Source of the DNA: Candidatus Anstonellales archaeon
GTDB taxonomy: Archaea > Micrarchaeota > Micrarchaeia > Anstonellales > J096
DNA: 64,000 nucleotides
Assembly (NCBI GenBank): GCA_038896535.1
Contig: JAWACY010000002.1
Location: forward strand, 14,473 to 78,472
Reading direction: 5' to 3'
A program made the position numbers and the translations under genes. Each line of letters opens with the position of its first letter. Positions within the stretch are counted from its first letter, which is position 1. The notes below the pieces were generated by a model, which searched no databases, had not been told where the DNA came from, and was given only the letters and a program-made list of their open reading frames with translations. Positions 63,937 to 64,000 of this stretch are shown piece by piece.

Positions 63937-64000
63937 GTAATGATTAAAATGCTTTATTTTTTAAATATATGTTTTTTACTTGCTTTTTAACTTATTGCTT

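Overview
This is an AT-rich (roughly 30% GC by eye), densely coding archaeal chromosome segment. The archaeal hallmarks are L7Ae-S28e-L24e-Ndk, L40e, L11, Kae1, proteasome beta, GINS, an aCPSF-type beta-CASP RNase, FtsY and archaeal-type LeuRS and PheRS-alpha. Small genes, many lysine/asparagine-rich orphan proteins and a form III RuBisCO suggest a small-genome, DPANN-like archaeon; that assignment is inference only. The main accessory feature is a complete type III-A-like (Csm) CRISPR-Cas locus at about 23.1-33.5 kb. On the minus strand it runs cas1-cas2-leader-array-cas10-csm2-csm3-csm4-csm5, where the array has seven 37-bp repeats. A divergent plus-strand set follows: a csa3-like CARF-wHTH gene, a csx1-like CARF-HEPN gene and cas6. 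The locus is bordered on the left by about 1.4 kb of non-coding or decayed DNA holding a degenerate A/C-rich ~10-bp repeat, a 17-bp palindrome-containing repeat pair and an ORF broken by an in-frame TAG. It is bordered on the right by a ~120-bp G-rich, almost C-free tract. Other points worth a second look: a perfect 52-bp direct repeat bracketing a single COG1373/DUF4143-type AAA ATPase gene; an operon of two paralogous VirB2/TrbC-like small membrane proteins plus three orphan genes next to the L7Ae cluster; a 662-aa orphan coupled to a PP2C-like phosphatase; a 655-aa orphan next to a possible carboxylate-amine-ligase-like protein; a NUDIX gene frameshifted in an A7 run; and ERG8-type phosphomevalonate kinase, mevalonate kinase and class II HMG-CoA reductase. 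All family calls come from motif recognition by eye. No database search was run.
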